Source of the DNA: the human T2T-CHM13v2.0 reference genome, Homo sapiens
DNA: 64,000 nt
Strand: one strand, 5' to 3'
Assembly: GCF_009914755.1 (NCBI RefSeq)
Contig: NC_060948.1
The translations under genes were made by a program, and so were the position numbers. Positions 59,581 to 64,000 of this stretch are shown here, in pieces. Position 1 is the stretch's first letter, and each line of letters begins with the position of its first letter. The notes beneath the pieces were generated by a model. The model ran no database searches and had not been told where the DNA came from. It saw only the letters and a list, made by a program, of their open reading frames with translations.

Positions 59581-61015
59581 AGAAAAAAATCCACATTTAA
59601 AAAATATAGAATACAAATTATTATGGACATTACCATTTTTATATCAGTCACTTGAGAAATGGCACTTTTCTCAAATGAGTATTGTATATTGGAATCAATT
59701 TTGCAAAATCAGAAAATGTGATTTATTTCTGGGGATGCTAGGCATATTAGACATTTTTTCCAGTTGCATTTAGGTATGGGGAAAAAAGAGCTAGACAGAG
59801 AAATTCTGTGACTTAATCCAGCTAGTCTATGACTACACAGGACAAACCTATAGTCTGATACAATTGCATTGACTTGGTAGAGTAAGGTAGACCATGCCTG
59901 TGGGGCAACTAAAGTAATAAAAGGAGGTACTGTACGATTTATGGGAGAGGTGGTGAGTAGGTATTTAAACACAGCAGAGTTTCAATAGGTTCAAGGTAAA
60001 GGACGCCTATGTATTAAAGGTCAAAACATCATGTTTAGACTGTGAGAGAACCCAGTGTCTTTATTCCTTGTAGATCACAAGTTGACATTTGTGTGGAATT
60101 TTGAGTGCAAATGCCTGTTATTTGAAGCTATGCACCTAGGCTGGAAAACAGTTTTTCTTCTATGGAAAGTGACAAATCAGCCGGGCAAGAGTGCTAAGTT
60201 TTATCTTCACCGATAACATTTCAAACAGCAAATACTCTGTTTATAATTTTAGAACATAAAGTTTCTCAGTGAGTAAGAAAGCCGAAGTCATTCAGAGATG
60301 ATAATTTTTGTGACCCTTTATAGCTGTACCCAGACTTTGGCAGAAATATTTATTTCCATTAAGTCGGGAGCTGGCTTTTCGGTTCTCCCCTCAACGTGAT
60401 GAATTGAGGTGGTGGATTTTAACCTTTTCATCTTTGTTTTATTTTCTAACCTGTTAGAATTTACTTATCTCAGCATTATTGCTATTTCCAGTAACAAAGC
60501 TGAACTTGCTTGTTTATACTATATACAATTTAAAGTAAACTACCACGTTAGCCTCTATATTTGAAAGTAAAACTAAGTAAAATTTGGTCATTTTTATTAC
60601 CGTGAGTGTCCATATACTTTTACTACATTTGTATGCAATTTAATGTAACTAGTTTAAATTTAACATTAGTATTAATGATATCCACTGTGGGTGCTCTTTT
60701 TTCTATCGGCTCTTTTTTGTGTGCACATTTAGGTGATTTCTTACATTTTGCTATTAAATATTGTTTCAGATAACTTTCTTCTGCACTCCTAGTTTCCTAA
60801 TGTACAAGGAAATTTGTCAGTAGGGATTTTATATTGATAGTCATGCAGCAACACACATGTACACTTGTACATGTTTAATATAAACAGACCAGTTAGATAA
60901 TATAAAGCGCAAAATAAAACAAGTAAATATTGCCCAGTTCTCAAACGATGAAGAAACTAGCCTTCATGGCAAAATCTTTAGCACGAAGTCATTTGCCACT
61001 CTACAAAATAAACAG

Positions 61016-61335
61016 AGGTCGGGAGCTGTGGCTCAAGCTTGTAATCCAGCATTTTTGGAGGCCAAGAAATTCAGATCACTTTAGGCTAGGACTTCAAGAC
61101 CAGTCTGGCCAACACCAGGAAACCTGATCTCTATGAAAAATATGAAAATTAGCCAGACATGGTGGTGTACGCCTATAGTACCTTACAGTTACTTTGGAGG
61201 CCGAGGCATGAGAATCGTTTGAACCTGGTAGGCTGAGTCTGAAGTGACCTGAGATTGCACCATGCACCCTAGCATAGGTGACAGAGCGAGACTTCAACTC
61301 AAAAATAAATATAAATATAAACAAATATATAAATA
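61016..61335 (+). mobile_element. Old Alu (AluJ/S)
   Basis: Diverged dimer. Confidence 0.85.
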
Positions 61336-61367
61336 ATAGACATGGTATCCTTCACTTCAGGCAGTTA

Positions 61368-61543
61368 TCATTTTTTTCTTCTTTTTTTTTAATTTTGAGA
61401 CAGTGTCTCACTCTGTTGTCCACACTGGATTGCTTTGGCATCATCATAGCTCACTGCAGGCTTGAACTCCTGAGTTCAAATGCTTGGCCTCCCATTTGAG
61501 CCTCCTCAGTAGCTGGAATTACAGGCACACACAACCATGTGCA
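61368..61543 (-). mobile_element. Alu right arm followed by (TG)n
   Basis: tttgagacagtgtctcactctg...gtagctggaattacaggc. Confidence 0.82.
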
Positions 61544-62488
61544 GTGTGTGTGTGTGTGTGTGTGTTTTGTTTGTGAACTATTCTTTTGAATCACATCTTT
61601 TTATAACCCAATCTTTTTATTCATTATTTTAGTTAAACTCTGTTTCAACTGCAATGTGCTTTTATATTAACTTTTTTTTCACAGGGTAGCATGGGATACA
61701 CTTTCCGAGCTCTGGTATATGTAAAGTTGTCTTTCTACTAATTTTCCATGAGTTTGAAAATTTACGTGTATGAAATTTTTGGTCATGCCATATGAATTCT
61801 TTTTACCAAGAATTCTTTAGACATTGCCATATATTCTGGAGTTTTGTTTATAGAAGAGACATGTGTGGCCAATTTGACCAGTGACTTCTATTCAGGAAAA
61901 TTCTTAATTTATGTTTATGCTATAAGATTTTTTTAACACACTAAATTAAAAAATTTGACCAGGATAAGCTCAATGCCTCTCTCAGTTTGTATAGGTGAGG
62001 TTAACACAAGACCATTGTGTACTGTGTTGTTTGTTTATGGCATTAATATACCTTGCTGAATGATCACTACCTGTTGACCTGCCTCCTTGCCTCCTCATAG
62101 AATGTAATGGAACCAAAAAAAAAAAAAAAACATTTTTAATCAAGCATATCTTCTAAAGTCAACCTGAGCCTTCCCAGTGTGGATTTCATCTTTGACCAAA
62201 TTTTTCTAACCAACGTAGAGGACAGCAAGCGGGGGAACCAAGGAGATCAATCTCTGCCTCCTGTATTTTCGTGAAGTTAGAGCACCAATCTCTTTAACTG
62301 CTGTTCAGAGATATCCAAAATGCCACAGAAAGCCCAGAAGTAGTTTGTTTGTAGAGAAAGATACTTATCGTGACCAAGGGTAAGGAAGAGTTCTCTTCGC
62401 AGAACATGCAATTTAAAGGCTAGTTTGGTGCTTGATACACAGAGGACAATCACTCAATAAATGCTATTGGCTGACAAATAACCTGAAA

Positions 62489-62582
62489 AGCTGCCTGAAT
62501 GCTCCTGGAATTAATGCATTCTTATCCCCCTTCAGAGCTGCCTGAATGCTCCTGGAATTAATGAATTCTTATCCCCCTTCAG
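62489..62582. repeat. 47-bp tandem duplication (2 copies, 1 mismatch)
   Basis: agctgcctgaatgctcctggaattaatg(c/a)attcttatcccccttcag, twice. Confidence 0.95.
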
Positions 62583-63107
62583 CCTGTTTTTATGTTGGCA
62601 TTTGAAGCATCATCTTCAGGCCTGTTTTAGATAAGTCATTTTGGATTCTTCTAGATCTTTAAGATGCCTTTTAATTTCATGGACCTTAAAGATTTGGGGT
62701 CAGACCACCAAAGATGATGAATGTGAATGGAGGAGCCATGGCTTCTACGATTTTAAATAACCTTTCTTCAAACTGGGTTGATAGTCACTGAGTACACAGA
62801 GAACTAAGCCATCTTTCTCCTAGTTGCAACTGATGTTCTGGATGCCCTGGTATATAGAAGATTCCAGAAAGCACAGAGTGATGGCCATTTCCTCTTCCCA
62901 TAGGTGCCTCCACCTCCAGTCTTGACCTGTCATCTAATTTGTAGATGTATTGTGCGGTGTCACCAGAAAAGCAACATTACAGCGACTTCCCCTCTTTTGC
63001 ATGTTAAGGTGAATTCTGTGTTTGTGACCTTTCTTGGATGTATGAAAATGGGGTAATAAGTGACAGGAGGGATGTTAAAAGGCAGCAAAGTGGGCTGAGT
63101 TTATTTA

Positions 63108-63551
<444 letters not shown>

Positions 63552-64000
63552 TCAGATAAAGGAGGAAAAAACTACAAGAGTAACTGTCATGTTCATGAGT
63601 TGCTGAGAAAGACAGGCAAGTGGGAAAAAGATTTTAATAAGCTTGCTCCATATTGAGAATGATCTAGGGAATTTTTCATAGTATTAAAATTGCTTTTCAA
63701 AAATCGCTGCTGAATGTCAGGTTGCTGCTCTTGCGAATGCCACACTGTGCTAAGCCTGGGCCATGAGGGAGCTCAGCTTTATAGGAATTAGAGAGGCTGT
63801 CACAGTTTCACCCAGTTCTACTCTACCAGCTAGAAATGTATATAAATGCATCATGTTGTTTTACTTGTCTCAACATTGCTTGATAAGAATTTCCTCCTTA
63901 AAACATAGCTCCACAGAATCTGAGAGCTGGGTAGGACTTCAGAGTCAATCAAAGCAGTCTGAATGCTCAACCCTAATGAACTTAATTTAAAAAAAGAAAA

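Overview
This is primate DNA, most likely a human or great-ape Y-chromosome ampliconic region (inferred from gene content), and it is mostly repeat-derived. From left to right: a diverged ~68-bp beta-satellite block (1-1755); a 5'-inverted old L1; MER4-group ERV1, HERV-L/MLT2, MST and MER2 fragments; a ~10.2-kb minus-strand HERV9/LTR12 provirus (13105-23352, 4-bp TSD) inserted inside the LTR of an older ERV1; and a full-length L1PA (26973-35515, 14-bp TSD) carrying a nested twin-primed L1. Next comes an intron-containing, dead RBMY pseudogene with a single SRGY exon (RBMY2-type, ~36.6-46.3 kb). The last part holds two degenerate tandem arrays (~60-bp and ~110-bp units), old L1 5' ends and dense Alu clusters. 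I see no intact protein-coding gene and no evidence for a new enzymatic or defence system. The best signals are structural: three Alu insertions at one 16-18 bp target plus an apparent Alu-Alu microinversion, a 1.6-kb L1 inverted repeat, ancestral RBMX-like residues and missing exons in the RBMY copy, and an unexplained 2.3-kb ~60-bp array. Repeat subfamily names and reference protein comparisons are from memory, and many repeat boundaries are approximate.
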